Shown here: piece after piece, positions 37,353 through 49,827 of the stretch | Numbering within the stretch: position 1 is the stretch's first letter | How the letters are laid out: the number at the start of each line of letters is the position of its first letter | Assembly: GCA_004022145.1 (NCBI GenBank) | Contig: RCNU01000001.1 | Source of the DNA: Paecilomyces variotii | Taxonomy: Eukaryota | Reading direction: 5' to 3' (one strand) | Length of the DNA stretch: 64,000 nt | Notes under the pieces: model-generated | The model's database searches: none | What the model saw: the letters and a program-made list of their open reading frames with translations, nothing else | What the model was told of the DNA's origin: nothing | Translations under genes and position numbers: made by a program

Positions 37353-38319
37353 TTCGTTTTTTGGAGGTATATGGCGTTATACCCCGAGTATATTCTGGCA
37401 TATGGATGGTATCTGCTTTTCTTCCGGAGTTATCTGATATTACCCTTCACGTATAGATGGAATCTCTGGCTTCAGCTATATTGTGGCGAAGACTGAGGCG
37501 CCAAACACAAGGAGTCAAAACTAATCCGCTGAGGTCTACTGCAGTACCTAGTGTATCCCTTGAACGAGCGAATTAGGCAGCACAAGTCGTGTTATCGCCG
37601 CGTATTCGAATATCGATGTGAATAGGATACTGCACAAAGCACTACTTAGGCATGTCCATCTAGTGCCATGGCTATTCCTTCATAGATGCAACCTAAGTCC
37701 AAATCGACGGCGGATATCCGTATCCGCATCCTTTCTGAGACAAGTGACTCATACTTTGTGTATAAATAGTAGAACATAATTGTAATCAATTGTAATAATG
37801 ACTCAAAGATAGAAGATGACTAAATAATAATAATGGTAGTTAACTGGTTAGTTTTAACGTATCGGATCATCCATCGCTTTAACTTTTTCTGCCCGAAAAC
37901 ATCGGCGCCACCGCCGGCAAAACAGACGGGCCGTTCTCCGAGATCCCACCAATGACAGGCCGTCATTCGCGGACATAGGCGTTAAGCTGCCGCCACCTGC
38001 CTGGACATCTCAAAAGTGCCTGAGAGCACCTCAAGCTCAGCTCTGCTCTTCCTCCTTCCATTCCTTTCAAGACAGCTGCACGGCACGCTGGTAATCCCAG
38101 AACGTCAATATCAAGCACTGGGTCAATCTATATTGCCGTTGAGGCCGTCACTGTGCGTTATCCCTCTCGAACGGATAATCCAGTTAGTCCTCTCAACACG
38201 GCCGACCCCGCCTGAAGAGGAGTGGGATACAACAGTTCGTGGACCGCCGAACAGCAAGCCCTCGAAGGGCCGCAGAAGTGGAGGGGTTATTGGATCGTCG
38301 GTCAAACGAGTATCACATC

Positions 38320-41300
38320 ATGACAACTGAAGTGGCACGAGTTGCAGACCATGGCCGTCCGAGGGCACCAAGAGCGCCCAGGCGCGGAGGCAGAGGTCGC
38401 GGAGGTCGTGCGGTGAACGAAAACACATCGCGTCCAGAATCAGCGTCACAGACAAACCCTGTCTCGCAAATACCAGCACAGCACACCGACACCGCTGCGT
38501 CAAGGGAAACACAATGGTCAGCCGAGACGTCCAGAAGACGGAGACCAAGAGGGAGAAGAGGAGGTAATGGTGGCAACGGTGGCCGGGCAGAGCAGACAGA
38601 ACAGCCCCCAACGCAGAGACGGACAGATACTGGAGGCGGAGATCGGAGGACACCTAGAAATAGAGGTTCTGCCGTGGTCGGTGGGAGGAAGTTTGGAGGA
38701 CAACTGACGAGACACGGGGCTACTGACGAAGAGGGATCTGTGGGCGAGGGTGGCCATCAGAACCATACAGAGCAGGATGCAGGACTGAGGGCGGATGCGC
38801 CAGAATTTGTTCCTGGGCAGACGGTAGCGCCTCCAGGTGGTTCCGACTCGACCTCGAAGGGGAAATCAAAACCGACGCCATCTCGATCGAGACCACCAAA
38901 GGTGACAACCAAATCGACTGCGGAGGATATCACCACTCGAATCCATGAAGACATCTCCCACAATCTCTACGAGTGCCCAATCTGCACAAACGAGCTGGGC
39001 AGCAAATCTCGTGTTTGGTCCTGCAGACTCTGCTGGACGGTATTCCACCTGAGTTGTATTAAGAAATGGTCAAAAAATGAAGGTTCTGCTTTCCGCAATG
39101 ACCAGCAGCGACAACAGGATGGAGAAGACGAGACTAACACCCCGCGCCAATGGCGTTGCCCCGGCTGCAATCTCCCCCAGGACACTCTGCCAACGACATA
39201 TTCTTGTTGGTGTGAGAAGGAGGTCGACCCTCGTTCGCTGCCCGGTCTGCCTCCACATTCATGTGGACAGACCTGCTCCCGTCCCAGGCCAGGATGCCCA
39301 CATCCGTGCGATTCGATCTGTCACGCAGGTCCCTGTCCTCCATGTACTGCCATGGGCCCGACTCTGGACTGTTTCTGCGGGAAGAATTCATCTACGAAAC
39401 GCTGCGTCGAGACTGACTATGTCAATGGATGGAGCTGCGGTCAGATCTGCGAGGACCTGCTACCGTGCGGAGAGCATACCTGCCCACGGCCCTGCCACGA
39501 AGGACTTTGTGGCGATTGTGAGGTAAAGGTGCAGACAAAGTGCTACTGTGGAAAAGTAGAGACGGAGATGCTATGCAGCTCCAAAGAGGAGGAGATTCCA
39601 AGTGCACAACTATCGGATGATATGTCCCATACGGAGGAATGGATTGGATCCTTCCGCTGTGGAGAAACGTGCAATCGCCCGTTTGACTGCGGGGTGCATT
39701 TCTGCCAGAAGGATTGTCATCCCCAGGAGGCTACGGCCGCCCATTGCCCGAGATCTGCAGATGTTATCACTAAATGTCCTTGCGGCAAGACGCCGTTAGC
39801 TCAGATCCCTGGATTTTCTCCGAGAACGTCCTGCGAGGATCCCATCCCGAACTGTCAGGAGGCTTGCGGAAAGCTGCTACCGTGTGGCCATCCATGTCCT
39901 ATGATTTGCCACACCGGCGCATGTCGGCCCTGCCTGCGCATGGTCAAGATTCAATGTCGCTGTGGCCGCAGTTCATTTGACAGTGTCTGTCACCAAGGCT
40001 CGGAAGAGCCGCCTCAGTGTTTCCGTATATGCAAGGCTACTATGAACTGTGGTCGTCATACGTGTGCGGAACATTGCTGCCCAGGGGAGCGCAAAGCTCT
40101 TGAAAGGCAGGCGACTCGGCGAAAGCTGCGGTCGTTGAACTCAACCACTCGTCCTGATGATGATATCGAAGCGGAGCATATCTGTACCAGGGTCTGCGGT
40201 CGATTGCTTAAATGCGAAAAGCATACGTGCCCAGAGTTGTGTCACAAAGGGAGTTGCAATACCTGCCGGGAGGCAATCTTCGATGAAATCACATGCAACT
40301 GTGGTCGATCCGTCCTTTATCCTCCCTTACCCTGTGGTACCAAGCCACCGCCCTGCCGGTTCGATTGCGAGCGACCCAAAGCTTGCCATCATCCACAGAC
40401 ACCCCATAACTGCCATACTGATGATGAGAGTTGCCCCAAGTGCCCTTATCTGACGGAAAAGAAATGCCTCTGTGGGAAAAAAGACCTCAAAAACCAGCCA
40501 TGCTGGCTGATAGATGCACGGTGTGGCTTGATTTGTGGAAAACCATTGAAATGTGGCTCCCATACATGTCAGAAAGGTTGTCACCGTCCAGGCGATTGCG
40601 AAGATGCTACGGAGCCGTGTCGCCAGCCCTGTGGAAAGAACAAGTCGCTCTGCGGTCATGCTTGTGTAGAACCTTGCCATGCGCCTTATCCTTGTCCGGA
40701 GAAGACACCGTGTTCCACCAAGGTCACTGTAACATGTGCTTGTGGACGTTTGCGACAGGAGAAACGCTGCGGCGCCGTCAAAGCATCTATTTCAAAGGGT
40801 CAAGTGCAGCAACAGCAGCAAGCCCCTGCGTTGACTCCGTTGAAATGTGATGATGAATGCGCGCGTTTGGAGCGTAACCGCTCCTTGGCGTCGGCATTGA
40901 AGATCGATATCGACCCATCCACAACTTCCGCCAACGGTCCTTCTCCGCATATTACTTCGAGTAATCTGCCATACTCTGCAGAAACACTTGACATGTACAT
41001 CCAGCTTTCTTCGTCTTCAACTTTGTCAACGTTGCAGAGCTACGAATCAACCCTTCATTCCCTTGCCGTCAGCACTACACAGCGTTCTGTGCGTTTCCAA
41101 CCTGCAAAGGCACCTCTTCGAGCATTTGCCCACTCACTCGCTGCCGATTGGGGCTTCGCCACGGAGAGCTTCGATCCGGAGCCACACCGACACGTCTTCG
41201 TCTTGAAACCTACATCCTGGACCCCGCCAATTTTCGGGTTCGGCAACGGTTCGTCCATGGGAATCGGTGGAATGAGCGTTGGTGACTGTGTGAAGTTCCG

Positions 41301-41799
41301 AGAGAGGGAAAGGATGAAGGAGCGCGAGGCTCAACGAGCAGCTCTAGCGGAAGCAAAGGCGCTCCGTGAAGGCAACGCCGGCTCGAAAGCCAGCGGTGCG
41401 GACGGTGGCTGGGCCCAAGTCGCATCGCGAAGGAAAAACGGTTCAGATTCTACAAATGCTCCGGCAGTGATGAAGACAGGCGGTGTTCCATCTTTCTCCG
41501 GTTCATTCTATGCCGCTCTTTCGGGTGACTCCACTGAGCGGAGCGGAAACAGTGGACGCTTGGTTCTACGGTCTGGTGTGGGCGCCAGCAAGAACCTGCG
41601 TAACAAAGTTGAAGTTGCGGATAGTTGGGAAGAGGAGGTTGAGAAGGAAGAAGAAGAGGAAAAGAAAGAGATGGAACAAGCACGATCGGAAACCTCTGGT
41701 GATGGAAAGGATCAGAGCCCCCAGGGTCCCCACAATGATGGCGACACCATAGACAAAAGTGAGAAATTTGGCGTTGAAAGCGTTACTGGAAAAAAATGA
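38320..41799 (+). CDS. NF-X1-type zinc-finger protein with RING and R3H domains (FAP1/NFX1-like), single exon
   Basis: RING YECPIC...WSCRLCWTVFHLSCIKKW...WRCPGC; many NF-X1 repeats (LPCGxHxCxxxCH); R3H RAFAHSLAADWG; RGG-rich N-terminus and PAM2-like LRADAPEFVPG. First ATG is at 38320. Confidence 0.92.
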   Translation: MTTEVARVADHGRPRAPRAPRRGGRGRGGRAVNENTSRPESASQTNPVSQIPAQHTDTAASRETQWSAETSRRRRPRGRRGGNGGNGGRAEQTEQPPTQRRTDTGGGDRRTPRNRGSAVVGGRKFGGQLTRHGATDEEGSVGEGGHQNHTEQDAGLRADAPEFVPGQTVAPPGGSDSTSKGKSKPTPSRSRPPKVTTKSTAEDITTRIHEDISHNLYECPICTNELGSKSRVWSCRLCWTVFHLSCIKKWSKNEGSAFRNDQQRQQDGEDETNTPRQWRCPGCNLPQDTLPTTYSCWCEKEVDPRSLPGLPPHSCGQTCSRPRPGCPHPCDSICHAGPCPPCTAMGPTLDCFCGKNSSTKRCVETDYVNGWSCGQICEDLLPCGEHTCPRPCHEGLCGDCEVKVQTKCYCGKVETEMLCSSKEEEIPSAQLSDDMSHTEEWIGSFRCGETCNRPFDCGVHFCQKDCHPQEATAAHCPRSADVITKCPCGKTPLAQIPGFSPRTSCEDPIPNCQEACGKLLPCGHPCPMICHTGACRPCLRMVKIQCRCGRSSFDSVCHQGSEEPPQCFRICKATMNCGRHTCAEHCCPGERKALERQATRRKLRSLNSTTRPDDDIEAEHICTRVCGRLLKCEKHTCPELCHKGSCNTCREAIFDEITCNCGRSVLYPPLPCGTKPPPCRFDCERPKACHHPQTPHNCHTDDESCPKCPYLTEKKCLCGKKDLKNQPCWLIDARCGLICGKPLKCGSHTCQKGCHRPGDCEDATEPCRQPCGKNKSLCGHACVEPCHAPYPCPEKTPCSTKVTVTCACGRLRQEKRCGAVKASISKGQVQQQQQAPALTPLKCDDECARLERNRSLASALKIDIDPSTTSANGPSPHITSSNLPYSAETLDMYIQLSSSSTLSTLQSYESTLHSLAVSTTQRSVRFQPAKAPLRAFAHSLAADWGFATESFDPEPHRHVFVLKPTSWTPPIFGFGNGSSMGIGGMSVGDCVKFRERERMKEREAQRAALAEAKALREGNAGSKASGADGGWAQVASRRKNGSDSTNAPAVMKTGGVPSFSGSFYAALSGDSTERSGNSGRLVLRSGVGASKNLRNKVEVADSWEEEVEKEEEEEKKEMEQARSETSGDGKDQSPQGPHNDGDTIDKSEKFGVESVTGKK

Positions 41800-42153
41800 G
41801 TCATGAACAGGGAGCTTAATAGATTCTACACAACAGCTGATGATTTGTGTTCTTTTTTTTATGACACGAATTTTCCCCCCCATTGTTGTGGCTGGATGGC
41901 CTCTTAGCGTTTTATTTAATATTTGTACATAGAGATTTGCTCTGGATGAGCGGGTGCATGGTGTATATATTATCGAAGAAAAATATTCTTGCCAATTGGC
42001 TGTTTCGTTTCTGTCTACTAGTGCCTCGATTATGCAAGATAGTTGATATAGAGTAAATGAAACTTCGCGACTTAGTATTTGCCAAGCATTCTCTGCTATA
42101 TACACATGGTAGACCGTTCCATACACCCACCCCGTCGGCCGTAACTAGATCAT

Positions 42154-44685
42154 CTAGAACGAAAAATCTTCTAGAAGTTGCGTTCCAACAGTCGACAGAC
42201 TCGGCGGCAGATCTTCCGGCCTTGTACCCCAGCTACTCTCTTCATTTCCAAGAGTCAACTCCAACGTCATTCCTTCCGTGAAGAATTCATGCCCGATCCA
42301 ATTCTTCGAATACGGTCGGCCATTGAGGGTAGCGTTCTGTATATAGATACTCTGGTATGTCTTATCGAAATTGACATTCCGGATCGTAGCAGTTTGATTA
42401 GTCTCGGGATGTGTAAAGCTCACGGATTCAAAGAATGGCGGGGTGATTAAGTATACATTTTGTCCTGGGTTAGGGAAAAGACCTGCCATTGAGAAAACGG
42501 TGAAGGCTCCCATGGCTCCCGAGTCGTCGTTTCCTGGAAGGCCATCATTCGAGGCGTTGAATGATGCGGGTATGTAACTGTGGGAGCGACGCGCAGAGAG
42601 TGCTGGTCGGCCTGCGTAATGATATTGGAAGACGGTGAGGAAGACTGGCTCGTTACCAATGTCGGCGAGACCTGAGGTGTGGAAGAAGTCGAGACGCGAG
42701 ACAAACTCATCGGGGCCTCCGAGTAGTTTGATTAAGCTTGCCATGTCGTGAGGAACGTAACTACAATCTTGAGGTTAGTGGTCAAATAAACAAATGAGAC
42801 TAAAACATATCGGAAAGGGCCCACTAACAACTGGTACTCCCAGATGCTTGATTCGAACGTCTCTGAGGGATTAGAGGTCAAGGAGCAGAAGTCTGTAAGG
42901 GGACTGCAGGCAATAGGATCTTGATATCCCCATGTGCCATTGAGGAACTTCGGTTGGAAGAAGCCGGCGAATCCAGTATCTGTACCGTTGATGAATGACT
43001 CCTGATCTGCTTTGAAGAGGTTCTTCCAATTAGATGCTCTCGAAAGATACTTCGTATATTCTTTCCCTATACCCCTGCCTACTGTTGACAGGCTGAAGTC
43101 ATTATAGGAATATTCCAAGGTTCGAGAAATGCTCCTCGAATTGGTTCCGAATCCTAGGTAGTCGAAATCAAGGTACGGGATATACTTTAGTCGTTTCCAG
43201 CTCATAAGACCTCCTCGCCCCTCGTAGGACCACTCCAGTGGCTCGTTTTCAGCGTCGTTGACCATCGCTTTGTAGGCAAGATTCCAATCGATCCCGGTAA
43301 GGTTCTTGATATAGGCATCTGCGAGGAGTACATCCGCATTGGAGCCACCCTGCGTCCATCCTTTACAGAGACTCATCCGGCAATCTGGGAGCCATCCCTC
43401 GTGGACATAGGTGTCGAGAAGACTACGTATCATGCTGGATTGCGCGCTGGGATCTATAATGGTCAAGAGTGGATGCTGGGCCCGGAAAGAGTCCCAGATA
43501 CTGCAAAGCAAGGCGAGTCAGTCAGTTGTACTGGCCGGAGTAGATTGTCTAGAAGAGAGGGTATAGTCACCAGTAGAATGAATCGAAATAAGGCTCCCCG
43601 CTCTCCCAGAGAGGATTCTCCCCGGTGTAATCCTGGGGTGAAAGCATCGTTCTATAAATGCCACTCCAGAAACTTGTTAAAAGAGCGTCGCTCGCTCCTC
43701 CCGCCTCTACTGAGATTGGACTGAGCTTTTCTCTCCATGCTGCTTCAGCACGTTCCCGCAGGGAGTCGAAGTCTCCTACAGGATTAGGGATCTCCCGTTG
43801 CGCATTTTGACAAGCTTTGTCGGTGCTGATGAAGCTCACTCCCACTCTTGCATTCACTACGCCGTCACTAGGTCGTTGGAACCTGACGAAGCCACCCGCC
43901 TGGATATAGAAATTGTTAAAGCCGCGCGTAACATATAGCTTCTTTGGCTCGGTTCCTGCTCTGTTGTTGACCCAAATTCCACTGTCATGGACAGCCGCGC
44001 CAGCAAAATCGACACAGAAGTATGAGACGTATGAGCCGGCACCGAAACTGGGAAGAAAAGTTCCATTTCCCGTGATCCTACCTGTCGTATGATCAATACC
44101 AATTGAAGCATTCTGCCGACTGTCCCACTCATCGGTCAAATCGAGCAGCATCAAAGGACTCAGCACGGAACCATTGCTGGTTGTCTCCGCCGGAAAGTGA
44201 AATCTATACAGCGCTGCATGTTCCGTGGCCGTCATTTCAGCCTGGATGCCATTCTGTAAACTCAAGGCGAAATAACCAGGTCGGGCAACAACGGAATTTG
44301 CGATATAAGGCAGGGCGCGATCGGCCTTGGGAAACTTGCAATTGTCGATCTCGTCTTCAGGACAATACTGCGGGAATAAAGGGAAATTTCCCAACGATGG
44401 ATTACCACCCGTGCCTGAATCATGCATATGGGAAAACCCAGTTATGTTGCTTTTATCGGTCGAGAAGCCTCCTGTATTCTGACCATTGACATCGGCTACA
44501 GGTTTCGCCATGCCATAAGGCAGGCTTGCGCCTGCGAAGACGTTGCCACCATTGTCACTTCCGATCAAAGGGTTCACATAGCGCAGCACGTCTATCTCCG
44601 CCTTGCTTGCAGGGCCACTGGATGCTCCCCAAGCTGGTTCTATAGCAAATAGCAGGAAGAAAGCAGCTTGTCGCAGTGAGCACAT
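42154..44685 (-). CDS. Secreted GH92 alpha-1,2-mannosidase, 3 exons
   Basis: Signal peptide; YVNPLIGS, GASLPYGM, GFSHMHDSGTGG, YC|IWDSFRA, TQGGSNAD, SRTLEYSYNDF, DIGNEP and GLPGNDDSGAM. Confidence 0.93.
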
Positions 44686-45492
44686 GGCTATGACTGCGGT
44701 TGATAACACCGCGTCGAATGCTCTTCCAAGTCTCTGTTCTTCTAAATTTCAGGTTGTCAATACTCAGAGAGAGAGACTGCTCGTCCAGAATGCGGGGATG
44801 GGCGACTTAGAGATCTGCAGAGCGACGACTTGGCGTCCTACGATAAGGATGATTGCTACAGTAGCATTACTAGCATCTGAGAGTCCAGTATTACGCGATA
44901 GGGATATTGGCAGTCTCGAGAGTCAGGGACAGGACATAGAAGGAAGCTGCGTATGTGCCTCCATATTCCTATGCTGGCAGACAGTCTCACCTGCTGTATC
45001 CTCGGCCGATCCCCAGAATCCTCCTTACAGCCACACGACCATCGCAGCCAGGGACGAGCTCTGCGCCAAAGGAACTGGGGCTGATTTTGAAGCTAGAAAG
45101 TGTTAGTGTCTTTCCCGCAGCTTCCGGTTGGCGATCCGTTGGTTCATCTTCGGTTCCTGAACGCTTATCATCCCTCGCAGGGCTGTCATTCTTGCGCTCT
45201 GTCCGCCTTGCAGAGAAGGAGTTCCATCGGATCTTATCAATTTATTATTATTTTCGACGCCAAGCCGATTGCTCCTCGCATCACTCTCGTTTCTCCTTTC
45301 TGCGAATTCTGATTGCTTACACTAGATGGATGGGGCCCGGGCATCGCGCCCTTTTTTTCTTTCTTTTTCTTAAAATAGACCGAAACATAGTGTAGCACTG
45401 TACATATATTTCCGCGGATGCTCTCGCTCGTTTTATTCACGGCCCTTTTGTCCTTCACCCTGGGCTGGTATTTTGGGTCGGATGATCGCAAG

Positions 45493-47513
45493 ATGAGGGC
45501 GCTGTTTCGCTGCGGAGCAAGCAGGAAAAGGTCCAAATGGGAGGAAATCGAACGTGAGTGCAGTGTCTCCTATTTTTCCCGCACGTACAGTAGCTTGCCA
45601 GAGAGAGAGAGAGCGATTCTAATCTTCATATTATACAGATGAGGCGGAGCGTCTGGACCTGTTACCGACATGGGACACTCCGGACAATGTTCTGATGATG
45701 CAGGCCTTTGAATGGCATGTTCCTGCTGATCAGAAACATTGGCGGCGATTGGACAAGGTTTTGCCCGACCTCAAAGATATCGGAGTTGACACCATCTGGC
45801 TGCCTCCCGGATGCAAAGGAATGAGCCCATCCACCAACGGCTACGACATCTACGATCTGTATGACTTGGGAGAATTCGATCAAAAGGGCTCCCGAGCGAC
45901 CAAATGGGGTACGAAGGAAGAGCTTCTTGCTCTGAGCTTAACCGCCCAGAAACTTGGCATTGGGATCTATTGGGATGCAGTCTTGAATCACAAGGCTGCT
46001 GCTGACTACACAGAAAAATTTGAGGCCGTAAAAGTAGACCCACAAGGTATGTCGAATGTCATTGACCCCATTATTTGGTTGGGCCCTTTTGCTTTACAAG
46101 CAACTCACAAGTCCTTTCCAGAACGTAATATAGAAATCTCCAAGCCAGAACGGATCGAAGGATGGGTAGGATACGACTTTCCGGGCCGTGGAGAGAAATA
46201 CAGCTCTATGAAGTATCACTGGTACCATTTCAGTGGCATTGACTACAATGCGATTGATAATAAAAACGCCATATATAAAATTGCTGGCCCCGGCAAAAAC
46301 TGGTCCCAAGATGTTAGCAAGGAAAATGGCAATTACGATTACCTCATGTTTGCCAATCTAGATTACTCGAACCAAGATGTCAGACAAGATGTCATGCGCT
46401 GGGGAGAGTGGATTGGACAACAGCTACCACTCTGCGGAATGAGGCTGGATGCTGCTAAACATTATTCCTGTCGATTCCAGAAGGATTTCGTCGAGCACAT
46501 GAAACGCACTGTCGGATCCAATTGGTCCTTCATTGCCGAGTACTGGAAAGGATCACCGGGTGAACTACTCGACTACCTTCAAAGGATGGATCGACAGGTG
46601 TCTTTGTTCGATGCGCCACTTGTTTATCGCTTTTCGAGGTTCTCGCAGACCGAAGGTGCTGATCTGAGACGCATCTTCGATGAGACTATTGTGAAATACG
46701 AACCTCAGCACGCAGTGGTATGTGCAGCCTTGTGACGCTAATGATTCCATTTAGTACTGACATGTTCTGCAGACATTCGTAGCAAATCATGATACTGTAA
46801 GTGCAACTTCTAACTGCGCCACTTCTGGAAGATCGATTTGTTGACACCTCTTCAGCAACCCGGCCAAAGCCTAGAAGCCCCCATTACAGCATATTTCAAA
46901 CCTCTTGCCTACGCCCTCATCTTACTTCGCAGAGAAGGTCAGCCGTGCATTTTCTACGGCGATCTGTACGGAATCCAAGGCGGAGCTAAGACTTCCTCAC
47001 CGCCATCCTGCGGAGGGAAACTTCCTCACCTAGCTCTGGCACGGAAGCTATATGCATATGGCGAACAACGTGATTATTTTGACCGTCGAAACTGCATAGG
47101 TCTGTATTATTCCCCGCCCGGGAAAAAACTATGCCTTGGAGGTTCATATGAGATGAGCAGAGCTAACTGCTACCAGGCTTCGTTCGATATGGCAACTTGA
47201 GACACTCTTCTGGTCTTGCATGCGTTCTTAGCAACGGCGCCGCCTCGACAAAGCGTATGTTCGTCGGTAAGCAGCATGCTGGAGAGCGATGGACAGACCT
47301 TCTCGAGTGGAATAAGGAGACTGTTGTCATTGACGGCCAGGGCTACGGTATCTTCCCTGTTTTAGCCATGAGTGTCAGTGTTTGGGTCAACGACAGAGCG
47401 GACGGGAGAGATCGATTTGGACATTTGTGAGTTACTAATATACCATGGATTTATAGTGACTCGTTACTAACGATGTTGCATTCGGTAGTGATGCGGATAT
47501 ATACAAGTATTAG
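45493..47513 (+). CDS. GH13_5 intracellular-type alpha-amylase (AmyG/Amy1-like), multi-exon; alternative in-frame ATG at 45418
   Basis: MQAFEWH, GYDIYDLYDLGEFDQKG, DAVLNHK, GNYDYLM; catalytic regions RLDAAKH, AEYW and FVANHDT (on a 24-nt micro-exon at 46773-46796). Confidence 0.92.
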
Positions 47514-48040
47514 ATCTCCTCTTTCTGATATACCCCCGGAGGAGCGATGGATTCATGTGATCACTATATGTACATTACTGACGATACTGAGTATATTATC
47601 CTCATTTGTCCACTGATAAAATCAAGGCAATCAAGACACTCTCCCAAGTGTTGTCCAACTAAGTTTACGGAGCTTGGATCTCATTCTAATTATGAGAGTC
47701 GGTGCTATGCTCCTTGCCTGAACAGGTTGCACTGAATGACGGATAGGGGAACTCGATACGAGAGCAGATTGAAAGCTCAGATCCAAATACAATGAGTATT
47801 CTATTTTTTTCAGTGTCAACAACTGTCGTTCCTTGTCACCCCTGAATATCATTTCAGTCAAACTCATTCGTATATAACATCTATCTATCCGTCTATGGTA
47901 TCTCAGATTTATATAAAAGAAAAGGAAAAAAAAAAAGAATATTTACAAATCTCATGCGCTTCCAACCATGCAATGCATCGTAACTCCATAGTAAAAGCGG
48001 AGACGAAAGGGAAAGGAAAAATAGCTGAGCGTTCACGATT

Positions 48041-49827
48041 CTACGATGCAGTCCCATTCGAAAGTCCAGATGCATCGACGAGGGGCAGATCGCCTCCCTG
48101 ATGCAGACCATCTAAGCCTCGAAATCCCTCCTCTACGACCCATTTTTGACCACTTGAATTGTGAAGGACGTGGCAGCTGGCTCCAACAACCAAGAGGCCA
48201 GGGGGTCGTGAGCCTTCCTCTTCCACGGCGAGACATACATGCTCCAGGGTAGAACGGATGACTCTTTGATCGCTGCACGAAGCTCGCTCGATGACGGCGC
48301 ACGGCGTGTCTTTGGGCCAGAGCGCTCGCGTTCTGGCCTTTGACTGTCCGTCTGTCTCCGTGGGGGAGGTGGTCAGGGACTCAATCAAAGCTGACAACCG
48401 ATGCAGAGCCATGAGAAAGACTACTGTCTGTGTCGGGACATACGTTGGTGGTTCCGGAGCAGCGCCCTTCCTGCCTGTGCCGGTACAGATGAGGACCTGA
48501 TCCGCCACACTGCGGTGCGTGGGTGGTATCCCAGCGAATAACGGCGCACTGAGAGCACTCGTAATCCCAGGAAGTACGATAGGTGTGTATCCTTCGTTTC
48601 TGAAAAAGTGATACTCCTCTGCACCCCGGCCGTAGAGATAAGGATCTCCCTGTTTCAGTCTCAGCACCTGTCGACCTTTACGCAGAGCTTCCAGGCCCAT
48701 TTGGAGGAATTCTTCTTGGGCCTGGTCGGCGTTTCCAGGGAACTTCCGTGCGATGTGAACTTCCGTTCGGCGAGGGATGAGTTCCAGCACGGGCGCTGGG
48801 ACCAGCTTGTCTGCCAGGATGATATCTGCGTTTTGGATCGCGTGGTATGTTGCTCTCGTAAGAAGTTCTGGGTGGCCCGGGCCCGATCCAGCGAGGATGA
48901 TCGCGCCCTTATTTCGGACAACAACACCGTTGCTGGGAGCAGTGTTCTCGGATGTTGAATTGGAGCTTTCGGATGAATAGGCCGTGAGGATCGCGTCCAC
49001 ATCTGAGTCGTCGATAGCAGCGAGTTTCCGCAGGGGCCAGTATTCGCAGATTTGGGAGAACCAGCGCATCCGCCGGTTTTTCGCTGCAGAGATATCCTCC
49101 GCTGTTACCAACGCGTTAAATGTATGTTTCTGCGCCTTGGTGTCTTCCTCTTCCACCTCGAATGCCCCGTCAACTAATCCAGCTGCCCGATCTTCCTCCC
49201 AGATCCGTCGTCGGATGGAACCTAACCGATCAATTGCAGGACCCAGATCTGGCGGGAGGAACGATGCGATCTCTCTCCGCAACCGCGATGCCATTTTGCA
49301 ACCTCGCCCAGACGTTGTGATTCCAATGTGCAAGGGTCCGTCAGAGTGCGTTGAGAGTAGGGTAAATGTGCAGAGTTCAGGAGCGTCAGATACATTAACT
49401 GGGATTCTGAGTCGACGACACATTGTAGATATGTGCGAGCCTTGAGAGAGACAACCATGTTAGTGGATATTCTCTCGTTGCGTGCTGGTATCTTCAACTT
49501 ACTCAAAGGATCGCTGCCCCCCAATGTGACGAAGACCGCATCCACAACGCTCTCTACTTCAGCACGTCCCAGAGTCGTAAGATCAGAATCTTGAAAGTCC
49601 CGTCGCAGCCATTCCACTGCGCCCTCTTCGATCCGTTGCGTAAGACTGAAATGCATGTCCGCGGTCTCCGGTGCGATAATGATGGGTTTCGCGCCTGCTT
49701 CCAAGCATCGTGTACAACGCGCCGCCGCGAGAGAGCCTGAACCGATCACCAGATGAACCTGCGAGGTCGCATCTATCGCGGTGAGTAATGGAGCTGGTGA
49801 GACATCACCAGGCCCGGAAGGCTTCAT
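48041..49827 (-). CDS. MET1: Uroporphyrinogen-III C-methyltransferase / siroheme synthase, 2 exons
   Basis: N-terminal dehydrogenase/chelatase-like part (PVNVSDAPELCTF) and methyltransferase motifs LAGSGPGHPELLT, RLKQGDPYLYGRGAEE and PGITSA. Confidence 0.93.

Noticed and set aside
30900-37500. Starship or transposon boundaries around the NLR island
   Set aside because: No tyrosine recombinase or transposase ORF, and no terminal repeats or target-site duplication detected by eye.
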